From contig JALJEE010002345.1 in NCBI GenBank assembly GCA_023231475.1, positions 1 through 64,000 of the forward strand: a DNA stretch of 64,000 nt, given 5' to 3'. Origin of the DNA: Seison nebaliae. Its lineage: Eukaryota. Of the stretch, positions 48,821 through 62,784 are shown one piece after another. The first letter of the stretch is position 1. The number at the start of each line of letters is the position of its first letter. Both the position numbers and the translations under genes were made by a program. The notes beneath the pieces were generated by a model that had not been told where the DNA came from, searched no databases, and worked only from the letters and a program-made list of their open reading frames with translations.

Positions 48821-51800
48821 CTACATATCCAACATTGTTTTATCTATACGGCATGGAGGAGAATGAAAGAGATTTCAGTTAAAGATCGAACCTTTGTTAC
48901 TTTTGACTTTTTCAAAGAAAACAATTTCTCTATTTGGAATAGGTTGCAAATCGAATGTTGCATGTTGTGCCAGATTACACTTGTTGCCTGATGCTTGATA
49001 ATTAAATCCTCGACACTATACGATGTTAATTAGATGAAGTTCCATAATAATTTGCTAACATTGGAATCTGATGCACATTTATCTTGACATTCATCAACCG
49101 AACATTCCGACCGATTATATTCGCTAGTGGCAGGCATCGCATTACCATCAAATTGGTTCCATCCGTCACTACCTTTCGTTGATCTCAATTCAAAACAGAC
49201 GAATCCTGAATCTGGTAGTAGAGGTTCCGTTTTCAGATTATCCATGTTCTCCGTGTAAACGAAACAGTGAGGAGGACTGGTGAAATGTTTGTACACTTTA
49301 CATCTCGGATAAGAGTAGCACAATTGTTCGCATTCTGCTAAAGCCATATCCTCAACGTCCTCGTAGTGAGCAGCGTCTTTTGTTGGACATACCTTCGCTT
49401 TCTGTTTAATGGGTGTTGGTCCATCCTCACTACCCAATACAGCGGCTCCTTGTAATTTTCTACCAACTAAAATTTAGTGGTTATTTAATATAATAATTCC
49501 TACAAATTACTAACCATGTTCAAAGTAAGTACATTCTGGATTCTTCTCATCGAACTCAACTTTATCATTTTCGCTCAGACTACAAGTTGACGATTCTGCT
49601 GCATAACTGTAACCGATACACTTGAAAATGAGAATAATTATTAATTTTAAATGAGAATAATATTTAGCGATGATAAACCGGTTTATTCTCGAAACATTCT
49701 TTATGACAACCGAAATGAGTTAAGCCAACTCTCTCATTCATTCCTTTCAGACACGTATTTGGAATTCTGACCCAATTGGCTATAAAAGAAAGATAGAAAG
49801 AAAGAGATAATTAAAAATTCTAACAAGACATTTGTACTCTTGGAAGGAGAGCCATCGTGAAAATTTGGGGTACATAACATCCGAATTTAATGATGAGAAT
49901 ACTTTCCTCACAATTTTTACTTCCGAAAAATTCCTCGTCATTTACAACTCGACAGATGGTATTTCCATTACAAATATCTTCGACTTGTTTCGTTGAATCT
50001 TTGTCGATACATTCCTCCTTCTCAGCTTCCTCCTCGTCCTTAGAACCATAACACATGGTGTTCTTAATCGGTTTACGGATCACTGAATAAATGAAAATCT
50101 TTGAATTTTTCACTTCACATTTCAAGTCAACTCTCCATCGATAACATAGATAGTCAGTAGTGTACAACGTCTCGTCATCTTCGAGAATGTCATATAACAA
50201 ATCTTCTCCAGTGAAGTTAGCTGTCAAAATTTCTTTAGATACTTCAGGATTAGATAATTGGATGTATTCTGGTTCCAATTCAACTTTCTTCTCGATCACC
50301 TTCAACATTCGACATTCGAATTTCAATACTAAATGTTTGATAATTCCTGAACAATGATTCACATTGAAATATTCATTCGTCGCTTGGAAAGTACATTCAT
50401 TCTGACCGGTACAAAGTGCCGATATAATCGAATTGATCTTCTGCTCATAACATGGGAATGAGGCGAGAGAGCCTTCATTCAATTTGACGGGACAATCGGA
50501 ATATTCCTCATTAGCATTCGGTTTACCATAAAATGCACTCACTATTTGGATAACGGAACGCGGTTCTTCACATTTCAATGTCAAAGTATCACCCTCACAA
50601 ATCACCGGAGTTAAAACTTCGAAATTATTATTAATTTTGTACACTTCAGTCAAATATTGAGTTAGATGAATAGAATCTGGTATTTGTTCGATTTCACTCG
50701 TCGTTAAGAATTGAGGATCAAAAATTTCACGATTATTTGAATTAATTTTAATGAATTCACGAGGCTCTCGTACTGGTATCGGTTTTCTACAGACAAATTT
50801 CACAATAACATGTTTCATCGCTGTCATGCAACCGAATGAACCCAAAGTCTCCTCATTCACTAAGACGGTACATGTATCCTGATTATTACATTGATCTGTT
50901 AACCGTTTAAATACCATTTGGGAATGACAGGGATAACGAGCGACAGCTGAATGGACTGATTTACATTCTCCATAATCTTGTTTACCATTCAAAATTCCAT
51001 AAAATGCTCCCATAATAAATATTGTCGCTCCTTCTTCTGTACAGGCTAATGTGAATTCTTCGGAATCGCAAATTGGATATGTCGTTTTGATACCTTCTTC
51101 TTTATCTTCGACTAAAGCTCGATAGAAATCCGTCACAGGGAAAGCTGTCGTATATTGACTGATTTCGATGGTGTCCTCATACTTGTCTGGTTTACTAACA
51201 CCTAATTCGAACAGATTCTCTCGTTCAGGGAAATCTAATGGTTTCTCACAACCGAACTTCACCAGGAAATATGGTGCCATACCTTCGTCTTGGAATTTCT
51301 TCAAACTCAATGATTCAGTAGTCACATCAATCAGACATTCTGGTTTGCCGTTACATAATTGTTTAATAGTTTCAAACATATCATCTTCTTCGTAGATGGG
51401 CAAAGCGGAATCATCAGTTTGTGGTAAACCGGGATAACAATAAGCCACATGATCTACATCTTTCTCTTGTAATCGTCCCATAAATGCGGAATGAATTACA
51501 ATGGAAGATTCGGAGAGACATTGTAATTGCACTTTCTCTCCCAAACAAATCTTATATGAACCGACATATTCATTGGAAGAATATAAAATTTGATCCCGAT
51601 ATGAAGCCAAAGCTGCTTCCAAAGGTAAAGTATCAGTAGTAGCCTGAATATAATCCTTCAGTGTCAAGAATGTTAACGGATGTGAAATAGTTGGATAATT
51701 TTTGAAGATATTAATTCGATCAACTCGCTCACGTTCCACACAAGCGAATTTCAGTTTCTGGTAAGTTTGTTCATCATCCGTAGTTTCACTTGCAACAAAA

Positions 51801-54800
51801 GTGCAGGTATTAGTAGCGGAACATTGACTAACATAATCAGATAAACTGAATGGGGAAAGTTTAGTACCGAGATTCGGTTCAATGGCACATGGTTGTAAAT
51901 CTTCTTTTGCAATACGTCCATTAAATGTCATGTAGATGACGATGTAAGCGTGTTCGGGACAAGACAATTCGAATGTGTCGAGTGGACAAATTCGATCGGT
52001 GACTTTTGCTTCATCGTCTTCGCAATTCTCCAATTCGTTTAAGTAGTCCACTAAAATCTCTTCGCGTTCTCCATATTCTTGATTCTCCTCCAAGAACTTG
52101 TCGACACTTAACATCTTCGGTCTGGTTTCGAGGACAACTGGTTGGTAGTATTTATGATGAACGGGTACCCGTTCAACATTCGGATAGCAATTAAATCGAA
52201 CGATTAAATGTTTCTCGGTTAACATGCACAATTCTGGTTCTTCAAATACCTCATTACTGATGGTCAAGATACATTCGCTTTTTCCTTCACATTTCGCTTG
52301 GAGAATATCCAATGCTTTCTCTGAACCACAAGGGAATAATTCTTCCGTTTTCGATGGATAATTCGAACAAGTTCCATATTTGACGTTTGCTTCCGGTTTA
52401 CCATAATACGCTTCCATTACATGAATTTTATGTTCCTGAGCACAAATGAGATGAATGATCTCATTCTCACAGATCTCTCGCGTCGTCTCACCACAACTGT
52501 CAACTTTTCCTTTTAAGGCTTTGTAGTAATCAAGTGAAATTTTGGGTGGTGTCTGTTTCAAACATTCAATATCGGCAATCGGCGTTCCAATGAACACATT
52601 TAATTGATTTTTGATAGATGTTTTGATTGGTAGACAATTAAAACCGATCAATAGAGATTTGGGTCGATTGGGACAAACTGAAATTCGGAAGAATTTGTTA
52701 GTCATTTCAAAATTACATTTCTTCTTTCCATTACATAACGAGGAGAGAATGAGTGACATATTCTCTTCGTAACACAATAATTTCGCTTTACGATTCGCTT
52801 GTGAATTATAAGGACATTTCTCATTCGACAACGAATTGATGGCACCATAAACGACCGCTTGAATATTGAGAAGAGATCCTTCACTACAGGAAAGTTCCAC
52901 GGAATCTCGTTCACAAATATTTGCTTGGAATGTAGTATCCATAGCATGGATTAATTTATATTCTTCAACACAACTCGAAATTAATAAATCGTCTTGAAGA
53001 GGAATACCGGTCATATCACATTTGAATTTTGGAACTTCCAAATCTGGTCGTCTTATCAAACCAGTTAAAGCCCAATGTTTTGGCGTATAATTAATTTCTT
53101 TAGCTCGACATCTGAAATTTATGATAGCATGTTTGATAGCATCAGCACATGAAGTTCCACCAAAACTATCGTCATTTATATTCAATTTACACATCATTTT
53201 TCCATTACAAGTCTTCTTAATCCATTCTAAAGCGTTAGTGGATTGACAAGGAAATTCATCATTTCTGCCGTTCCAATTCAAACAATTTCCTGAATATGAA
53301 TTAGGTGTTAATTTCCCGTAGAAAACTCTCAGGATTTCCAAAGTTCCCGAATCATCACATTCGAGAAGAACATCAGCATTTTGACACATGACATCCGATG
53401 TAGTTACACTGGGTTGTACAGCGAGAAGTTCAGCATATTCCTCGTCGGGAGTTCTAAATTGTTGCAAACAATCAGGTTTCAATTCCGGTGCATAGAAAGG
53501 AACTTCTTCTCCGATATAATGATAATTTCGATTTCCATATAATTCCACTGCATTAATACACGAAAATTTCACTTGTAAATTCTTCACCCATTTCAAACAT
53601 TTAATATCGTCAAACAGATCTGAGAATTCTTCTGTATTTATTTCACATGTCTTCTGTCCATCACACAATCCTTGGATGTATGGAAGGATTTCTTTCGTGT
53701 AACATGGCCATATGATATCCTCATACTGAGTTTTACTTCGTGCACATTTCGGCATATCTGAACTGGCTTCATCCAATCTACCGAAATAAGCGGAATTGAT
53801 ATGAATTCGACTCAAACTCGGTTGGCATACCAAAATCAATTTAGACATTTCACAAATCTTTCCTTCATTATTCACACTAGGATGGTCATCTTCTCCCCAT
53901 TGGAAATATTGTTGAATGACGTCATAAGATGAGATGGTACTACTCTTATCTTCCAACCATTCATTCAGATCGATGACAATATTGTCAGTTGTCGATTCAT
54001 AATTAGTGATGAGTAGATTCTCTCGTCTGATGTTCGCTTTGATCGATTCGCAACCGAATTTAACGGCAAATTGTGAAACGGTCACATCACAAATCGAAGG
54101 GAAATATTCGGGTATGATGGAGAAAACACATTTCTCTTGTCCATTACAAAACTCGGCAGCAAAGGCGTAACTGGTGGGCATGTAACACGTGTCGATCTTG
54201 TTGAAAACGGGTCGTTCACAAGTGTTGTTCACTTGCTCCAAATTACCCACACCATAAAGTGCGGCGTAGATTTTGATGGTAGAGAAGGATGGACATTTCA
54301 ATGTTAATTGAGAATAAGGACATACGAGACCGGAAGCCAATAATCCGGCTTTTGAATCAGTCGGTTTCTCTTTCACTTCATCAACTATCATATCGGCAAT
54401 TTCTTGATTGTCAATCTCATCTGTTATTGGTTCAATCTTATCAGATATTTGATGTTGTTTCAATACTAAATGGAAATTAATTCCAATTGTTGTGGTAGTT
54501 GTGGTTGTGGTAGTAGTGGTAGTAGTAGTGGTTGTAATTTTAATACATTCCTCTCGACCGTTACCCATATATTCTCCTCGGCATTCACATTCGTACGTAT
54601 AATCACCAACCTTATTACATTCAGCATTCTCCACACAATCTGGTATTTCCTCTTCTATTGGTTCGCCGTTGATACAGGTAACTTTTTTATCACAACCTAA
54701 CATGATAAATTGACCTGGGGCAATTGTCTTATTATCATAATTACATGAACATTCTTCAATTGGAATACATCGACCTAAATTATCTAAATATTCGTCTGCT

Positions 54801-57800
54801 GGACAACAACATGAACGACTTAATTCAGCGTGACAGAATTCACTGTCCATTGTCGGTCGGAGAGCTGGACAATAAATTTCACATTCTTCTCTATCTTCAC
54901 AAGACACTTCACTCGTATCACAACTTTGACCGAAATGAACATCGGCACATTTCTCATTGTTCAATTCAACCGTTTCAACTAATCCATGCTTACACGGTAA
55001 TTCCATAGCGGTGACGGTGGAGCAAGTTGCTTCATGAATTCTTTTTGATACTTCATCCGTCATTGTACTATTTTCTGGTAATAATTGCATACTAATCATT
55101 TCCAATTCACATAAAGAAACCTTCGTCTCCAAATCACCTAATTTCACTTGAGAGTCTTCCAAATTGAAACATTGTTTGACATCTTCTTGACTGAATACTT
55201 CTTCACATGATTGAGAGATAGTTTCCATTAATTCCTCATCTGTTTCTGTCACTACTTCTCTCTTCTCTAACGAATTCTGACATAATTGATCAACAGTAAA
55301 TTTGTAGCCACCTAACCATTGGAGAGGTGATTCATATCCAATCGTCGTTCCTAACGGATATTCATTATCGTTCGTTAAAATTCTATCCATATTTCCACAT
55401 AATCCTTCAACACTATTATCTGGTGACGGTATCATATTATCGATAATCAAATCCTCATTCTTCGTGTAATCGATTCTCCATTTACATGTGCTATGTTCCA
55501 CCGTATATGCTTGATCACGATGCATTAATACAAAAATTACTTGACCCAAATTATCGATATATTTCGATGAGCCTTCCACCACACTACCTTTATCTCCGTT
55601 ATCAACCAAAGCATAAGACTTCTCGATGTTAATCGTTAAACCGTTCGTCATGATTTTGTAAGATCGATATTGAACATCCCAGTCATCCTCTAACGTTCGG
55701 ACAGTGACGGCTAAATCGCATTTCTTATCCATCGTTTCGATATTTGTCAAATATGTTTCACAATTCGAACGGAAATATAATGTCATACCATCGAAAGTGA
55801 GAACACGTCGGTCATTTTCATATCGACAATTATGCAATTCTTCATCAATGACGAGTGATTCCATTTTACATCCAACTTCATTCTCCGAACGATAATGTGC
55901 CACTCCTTCGAAAAACGGTTTACATTCACATACACTATCTCTACAAACTGCTGCTTCTTCACAATATAACAATTCTTCCAATTGAACCAATACTCCTTCT
56001 TGACATTGGACTTTATGATGGCAATCGGCAGATACGGCCGTTTCTTGATCATTCAAATCATATTGTTCATTTTTACAACGACACTTCGAAGGCTCTACAC
56101 ATTCACCATTGAAATATTTCAAACCCTCTTGACAAATACAACTATCGAAGCCAGTATATTCTTTCATTTCGTCACTCGAACAAAATTCCATTTGGTCCAC
56201 CGTATTAAATATCATGTTCTCTGGACAGACATCAACACAACCCAATTCGCTTGTCACTTGAATATCGACATTACCTTCTACTCGACATCTCGTATCTATT
56301 TCTTTCAAAAGAGGACAAATCAGTTCTGTAGGTTCTTCCACTTGTTTCGTCTCACAAATACTTGTCAAATAGTTTATCCAATCATCTTCCTCCCAAAGAC
56401 CAGAACAATCACCTAAAATTCGTTCATCGAAAATTGTTCGTCTCAAATCATCAGTTAAACAAGGTTCTGGTTCATCTTCCGCTACCAATCTAATTTTCTG
56501 TTGACACATTGGATCGATTTGTCCACCTTTCATCACTTCGAATTGACCACCGCGTAATTCAAAAAATCCAGCTTCTTCAACGAGTTCAGGTCCATAAGCG
56601 GAAATCGTATCGTTACCAGTTTCTTCACATTTATCATAAGTCGCTTCCATACACATTCCCTTGCTAACTTTGCCTAAATAAGATTCGCCCAATTGAAGAA
56701 TGACGTTGTCATCAAAAGTCCAATCAATTCGAATACCACAAATATGGTTTCTAAATTCGACGGTTGATCCTTGAATGGAGAACGAGATTTGAGTAGGATA
56801 GTCAGGATGATACCAATGTTTCTCATCTCTCACCTTATCGTTAACTGTCAATGAAGTTTTATCATAAACAATTCGAAATCCGAAAATCGCAATCCATATG
56901 GATTTCAGAAAAACGGTACTAGTTAACATTTGTTCGAAATTTGCTTTTTCATAAGCTTCTGTCTCGACGACCAATTCATATGCACATTCATCTGCATTTT
57001 GATCAGTAGCTGAAGCCATCATAGGACAAACATTCTGAACATCCATTCTCGTTCCGTTGAAAGTTTTCACTCTCAAACCATCACCTACTTCACAAATAAA
57101 CGGATACACATCGACCGGTTTCGGGTTTTCTGCGAATGCAGCAAATGGTGAATAGACACATTCGTTCGCTTCCTCGTTATAGATATGTTGAGTTTTACAT
57201 TCACATTGACCTCTCTCTTCGTTGCAAGTGGAGAATTCGGGACACTCCTGATAGTTAATCAATCGAACTTGTTGAGGCATAACACATTGGAGAACTTTGG
57301 AGCAATCTTTCGATTTGAATTGTTCATGAAGTGAAAACGATCGTCCTTCGTAATCACATCCACATTCATTCTTCTTTATACATTGACGACGTTCATTACG
57401 AACAAAACCTTCTTTGCAAATACACGCTTCTCTCTTGCCCATATCCATCAAACTGCACGATTCCATACTGTCTTCTAAAGTAAAACAACTCTTCTCGCAT
57501 CCTTCGATTAACGGAGAAAATTCTTCATTCTCATCACAGTCCATCGGACAATTAGCTTTCTCTCGCCAAACAATTGGTGCTTCCATTCCTTGTTTATAAC
57601 ATTCTTCAATTAACGACGCATAATAATGACATGCCAATTTTTTAATACGATTGTTCGGTCCTTTCGGATACAAGAAAGTGATGTCACTCTTCGCCTTAAA
57701 TTTCGTCTCTTCCATCACCGTTTCATTCAATACGCAATCACCAGTGTCAAAACCGATCATTTCAACTACTTCATCGATCAATTTATAATTTGCCTTTATC

Positions 57801-60479
57801 GTTTCATTACCGATGTTGGCATCGATTAAATCTATTTTATCTTGACCAACAGGTCCACATCTATTCGGAGGAAACACATTTAATAGATCTTAACGAAAGA
57901 AAAAATTCTCCAACTTCTTTCCAATATTCGTATCATCATCCACCTCGTACTTGAATCCACCTAACCATTGCATGTCCCAATTCTCCATATACGGAATCAC
58001 TTCATCCGTATCGGTATCCATTAGATCATCCGTCTTATTTCCTATCGATATAAAAAAAATGAGATATTTCAAAAAATGATAAGAAAACCGTTATAATTTC
58101 CACAAATACCACACATTTTATTTTGGAGAATATTTGGTACGAAAATTTTGAATTCCGTATCAGGAATATAAGTTATCATCCATCCGCACACAGTATTAGC
58201 AATATGTCGATGTCTCTTTCGATAAGAGATGATGACAGCGTTCGATGTTCCTTTGTATGGTAATTTGATGGTTCTTTCACTTCTCTTCTCTCCATTCACC
58301 TAAACAAATTTCAATTATTTAACAGATCTAAATTAAATAATAAACGAATAATTGATTCTTATAGAATCGAATTGTTATGTTATCGAATTTGACGTCGACC
58401 AATCTCGTCACTGTTCCTTCCAAATATTTCTCGTGAAAAACTCTGGTGACATCGTGAGTAGCTTTGTGTTCCACACGGAAATGACACGAATCCTAAATCC
58501 GACATGTCAACGGATGAAATTTTGGAAGATTGATATTAACGGTTAAGTCACACACTTCAGCAGCGAGATATTTGCATTGTCCTTGAAAATGGAGGATATT
58601 ATTATCGAAAGTTTTGTAATGAGGATCTCCTTCGATACGACAGAAAGCCGCACTCTGCTCCCATGCATTGTACAAGTCACGTTTCCGCAATTTACCTTCT
58701 CGATATAATTCCCAGATCTTCTTATGATTTCCAATTTCGAATAATCGATCCATCTCATCTCGAGACGATAAACAATTTTCCATTCCATCACCAATATAAG
58801 GAAGAACGCATTGACATGTATTGAAATCTAATTTATCTGTGTCACATTGTGCAGATTCGTGACAGAATGAGTCTTTTTCTTCAACTTTTGAAAATTCAGT
58901 ATTTTCTTGACATATCCATTTGCTGGCACAGTCGTCCTTATAAATGAAGGATCCGAACTGAAAGTTAGAAAATAAATGGTGAAATAATCATTAATTCAAA
59001 ATATTCAAACTTTCACATTAACACCCGATTCCGTTTTACATCCACAAATTGATCGTGGTTCACATTTGTTGTTGTTCCACACATATCCTTCTTTACAGAA
59101 ACAGATATTTTTCTCTGGTTTCTCACAATTCTTTCCCTCCATATCCTCACAAGTTTTCTGACAGGATTTCGTATAAGTCAATTCTTCATTCTCTTCACAT
59201 TTCTTACCTGAAAGTATAAAATCAAATAAATTTTCATGTTTCTCCTTCTTTGACAACTAACCGCAATATTCAGATGTGGTCCAATCGAAGTCCAGACCCA
59301 ATTCCACTGAACAGATAGAATAGAGATATCTGGTGGTGAAGCAGAAGATATAATCCTTCAAGTTCATCTGTTTTTCTTGGAGAAAATCGTTCAATTCAAC
59401 CGAATGTTTCTTGCAAACACCTAAACGGTCATTCAAGAAATCCTCACGTTCAGGAATACTCTAAAGAATGTCATCACTTTAAAATTGTCTCTTAAAAGTT
59501 AACAGATAAGCAAGATCGGAATTGGCCTTCATTTCTAGATAAGCCCAATGAATCCATAGCACAAAATGCGGAGACTTGTGTCACAAAATTTTGGTCATCT
59601 TCACTGCCGGTTTGAACGGATTTTATAGTGTTGTAACCATTCAAGATGTTCTCTTTCGAATCGAATTCGCATCTGTTCACATTGACATTGAATTAAGTAA
59701 AATATAAAATGAAAAAAAAAACTTTGTTCCAATATCAGTGTCATCTAATGAGAGATGTTGTACGGCACCGTTCCATTCTAATGTTAGTTCGGTAGGTTCT
59801 AATATCTTACCAGCCTCATCTCCATATACCAGTGCGAAATCATCAGTGGCATCACCATTTCCATTAGCACATAGACCACAAACATCAGCATGATCGGACG
59901 GTATGGTAACGGTGACAAATTCGTAATTCATAATTGTTACCAATTTGCCACATTTGAGATCCTTGATAGTGATCACATTCTCCTTTGAAGAGACTTCGAT
60001 TACACCTTGCTGCTTATAGGGCAAGTTGACTTCCAAATTATTAATCTGTATATTTAGACAGATTAATTCGATTAATATATTTGAAATTTAACGGTCAATT
60101 CATCATTGGAATAAACGACAGATATTGCTTCAAATTTAGCAAGAACATAATACTCCAATTCGTTGTCGACCAATTGAACTTTCCGTTCAATACTGAAATC
60201 ACATTTGTCCTTGAATAATTGAGAAATAATTTGAAGAAGTGAGGGAAATCAAAAGGCAAAACTCCAATGGTGCACGACTTCGCCAAATAGAATTTACAAG
60301 GCAAATAATAATTGTAAATGGCTCCGTCGAATGTCGTTACGTGATCCAACGAAGTTACCCTACAAGTTACTAAAGAACGAGAAGGATCATAAGAAGATGA
60401 GTTAAGACATAAAAAATAAACAGTCGTTTTCAGCTAGAACTGCACTAGCAGTTAGAAGTATTGCAAAAATAGGAAACAT
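48821..60479 (-). CDS. Giant secreted multidomain glycoprotein: signal peptide, 4x VWD with C8/TIL/EGF modules, Thr-rich linker, 10x SUEL/rhamnose-binding lectin, PAN/apple domains (~3,500 aa, 16 exons)
   Basis: MFPIFAILLTASAVLA signal; VWD motifs (GDPHYKTFD, CGICGNYNG, GLCGNMD); ten repeats of C.....L.C.....I.I..A.YG..C..C.G...C; C-terminal C...C..C.G..Y PAN-like units; fifteen GTT introns. Confidence 0.88.
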
Positions 60480-62784
60480 TTCTATTTCCAAAGAATATTT
60501 GCTTCTGCTGTCCAATTGTCGGGGAAGGTTCTTATATATTCCAATTAGTTTTCAAGAAGCGTTCGAGTTCTCTTCTCAGCATCTGTTGGAGTTAGCGCCA
60601 TCGACTCATCATGTCGGAGAAGTGATCGCTACTTGAACTTCAACTCAATTAATTTAATTATTTTCTCTTTTACAATTTTTTCAATAGAATCATGTGGAAT
60701 TGGTCAACTCTCCAAACTTACATTACATCGAAGGACATCCTATTAAAACTTGTCAAAGTAATTCTTTTTTCATCGTCTATCCATATGAAAAGCAATAGAA
60801 AGTCAATCTTATCTCGCCGAGTATGATTGGAGAAAATACTTTTCAGTGTTACAGAAATTGCTTATTAATATTTTTTATTATTGGAAATAAACGATATTTT
60901 TAATTAAATTTCCTATTTTTATTTACCGTCACCGATGATGTTTATCCATTCGTAGGCGTAACAAATCAATAACTTCCTCCACTATCAATTTTGTCGTTGG
61001 AATAATATTAATATTTTTAACGACGAATAGTTTTTAATATTTCCATTAACCTCCCCACATTTACACTGCGCAAAGTTATCCATATAATCATTGTGGCTGT
61101 TTTAAAAATACCTAATAGACCAAATGTACTAAATAAGAGTTATTTTCAAAACAAAGAGAGCTACATTATTTAGAGGCTAAATGAGATCTATTTACCTACC
61201 ATATTTACAATATTGTTAGTCCATCCATATAGCTATTTTAAGCCTATAACTAAAGTTGTTTTTATACTCTATTTTCAACTTCAAAAAACAGATGTTTTAG
61301 CGACTAATTACAATTCATTCTTATACCTTATTGAAGTGCTTCCAAATACATCGCTATAAAGGGCTAATTTAGATGATATTCTATATTATATCAATTAGTG
61401 CTAGAGAAGTCTATTAAGTTAGTTATTAAATTTGTAATTATTCCTCTTTATCTAAAAATTATGTTTTATGATTTTATGATAATGAAATTAATTTTGTTTG
61501 TCAATAAAGATGATGTCAATTGTCAATAAAGATGGGATTTCGATCGAGACAAAGAAATATTACGATAATGATCAAAATACTTGCTTCGTGATTCGAATAA
61601 TATAGATATCTGTACGTTAAATATATACTTAAAATAATGCAACACTAAAATCATTTAATTTTAAAATGCATTTGATTATTTCAATAGTGAGCAAAAACAA
61701 AAGAACACTTTTAGTATTTGACTGACAAGGAAAGTTTTCGATAAGAAAGAAATCAAAAATAGAAATAATAGGATATGTGAAAAATTCTGCTGATTGTAGA
61801 TATGATAGAATTTTTATTTTTTTGCCTAATAGTTAACATAGTTTATAAATTGGGATAAAACTCATAAATTACAAATCAATGTAATAATGATGATATATGC
61901 GATTCTTCTCTTACAAGTTAGTCTAGTGTTAGTTTTGGTTTAGTTTTATATAATCTTTATTATTTACATGCATTAGGGCTGTTTGTAATTTTGGTTCCTT
62001 CAAATTTTAAATGTTCAATTCCAGGAACAGAAATCGTAATGCCCTATGCGGAATACGCAACGGCTTTGTTTTCATGGACTATTTCATTCAACACATCATT
62101 CATATATTTCAACGACAAAATATTGTCGGTACTGTGTCGCTCCTTTTTAACATCAATGGAAAAATTATAAACGCAAGCTGAATTTTTAAACTAAAGAAAC
62201 TTGAATTTTCTTAAACAAAAATTTAGATTATTCAATAAGCTTAAACATACTTAATTCAATTAGGTACTTATAGAGACCATCTGGGGCCCATTTGGACTGC
62301 ACTTGATTGTAATGTTCTATATTATATCTATAACGTTCTCTAAATTTTTATTAGATTTTTCATCTTTCTAAGTGGATCTTCCATTATAATAATAACGAAA
62401 TAACTCTTATTGAGTTATTTCGTATTGAGTGCGTTTTTGTGTACTAAAGAAACTCTCATATCTGTCAGTACATATTTTTAAAGCAATTGAACTATTATTT
62501 ATTTCTATCGAATAAATTTGACGAATATAATATTTAATTAGAAAAAACTTTCATGGTCGTATGTGTCAGTCCTAGAAAGTTGAAATAAAACAGAAAAAGG
62601 ACAATCGATCTCATTAAAGTTCTTTTAATTGACTTGATGTTGATTGTTAACCTTTTTTTATGATCCAGTTATTTTATGCGTTTATGCAGTATGATATGAA
62701 AAGATGTAGTTAAATTTAATGAGATTTCCCGATGCTATTTCTATTCATCATTCCATGGTACAATTTCAGATCAGAATATTGAAA

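Noticed and set aside
61974..62046. Tiny hAT-like element (TAGGGC...GCCCTA)
   Set aside because: Only 6-bp inverted ends and no matching 8-bp target-site duplication
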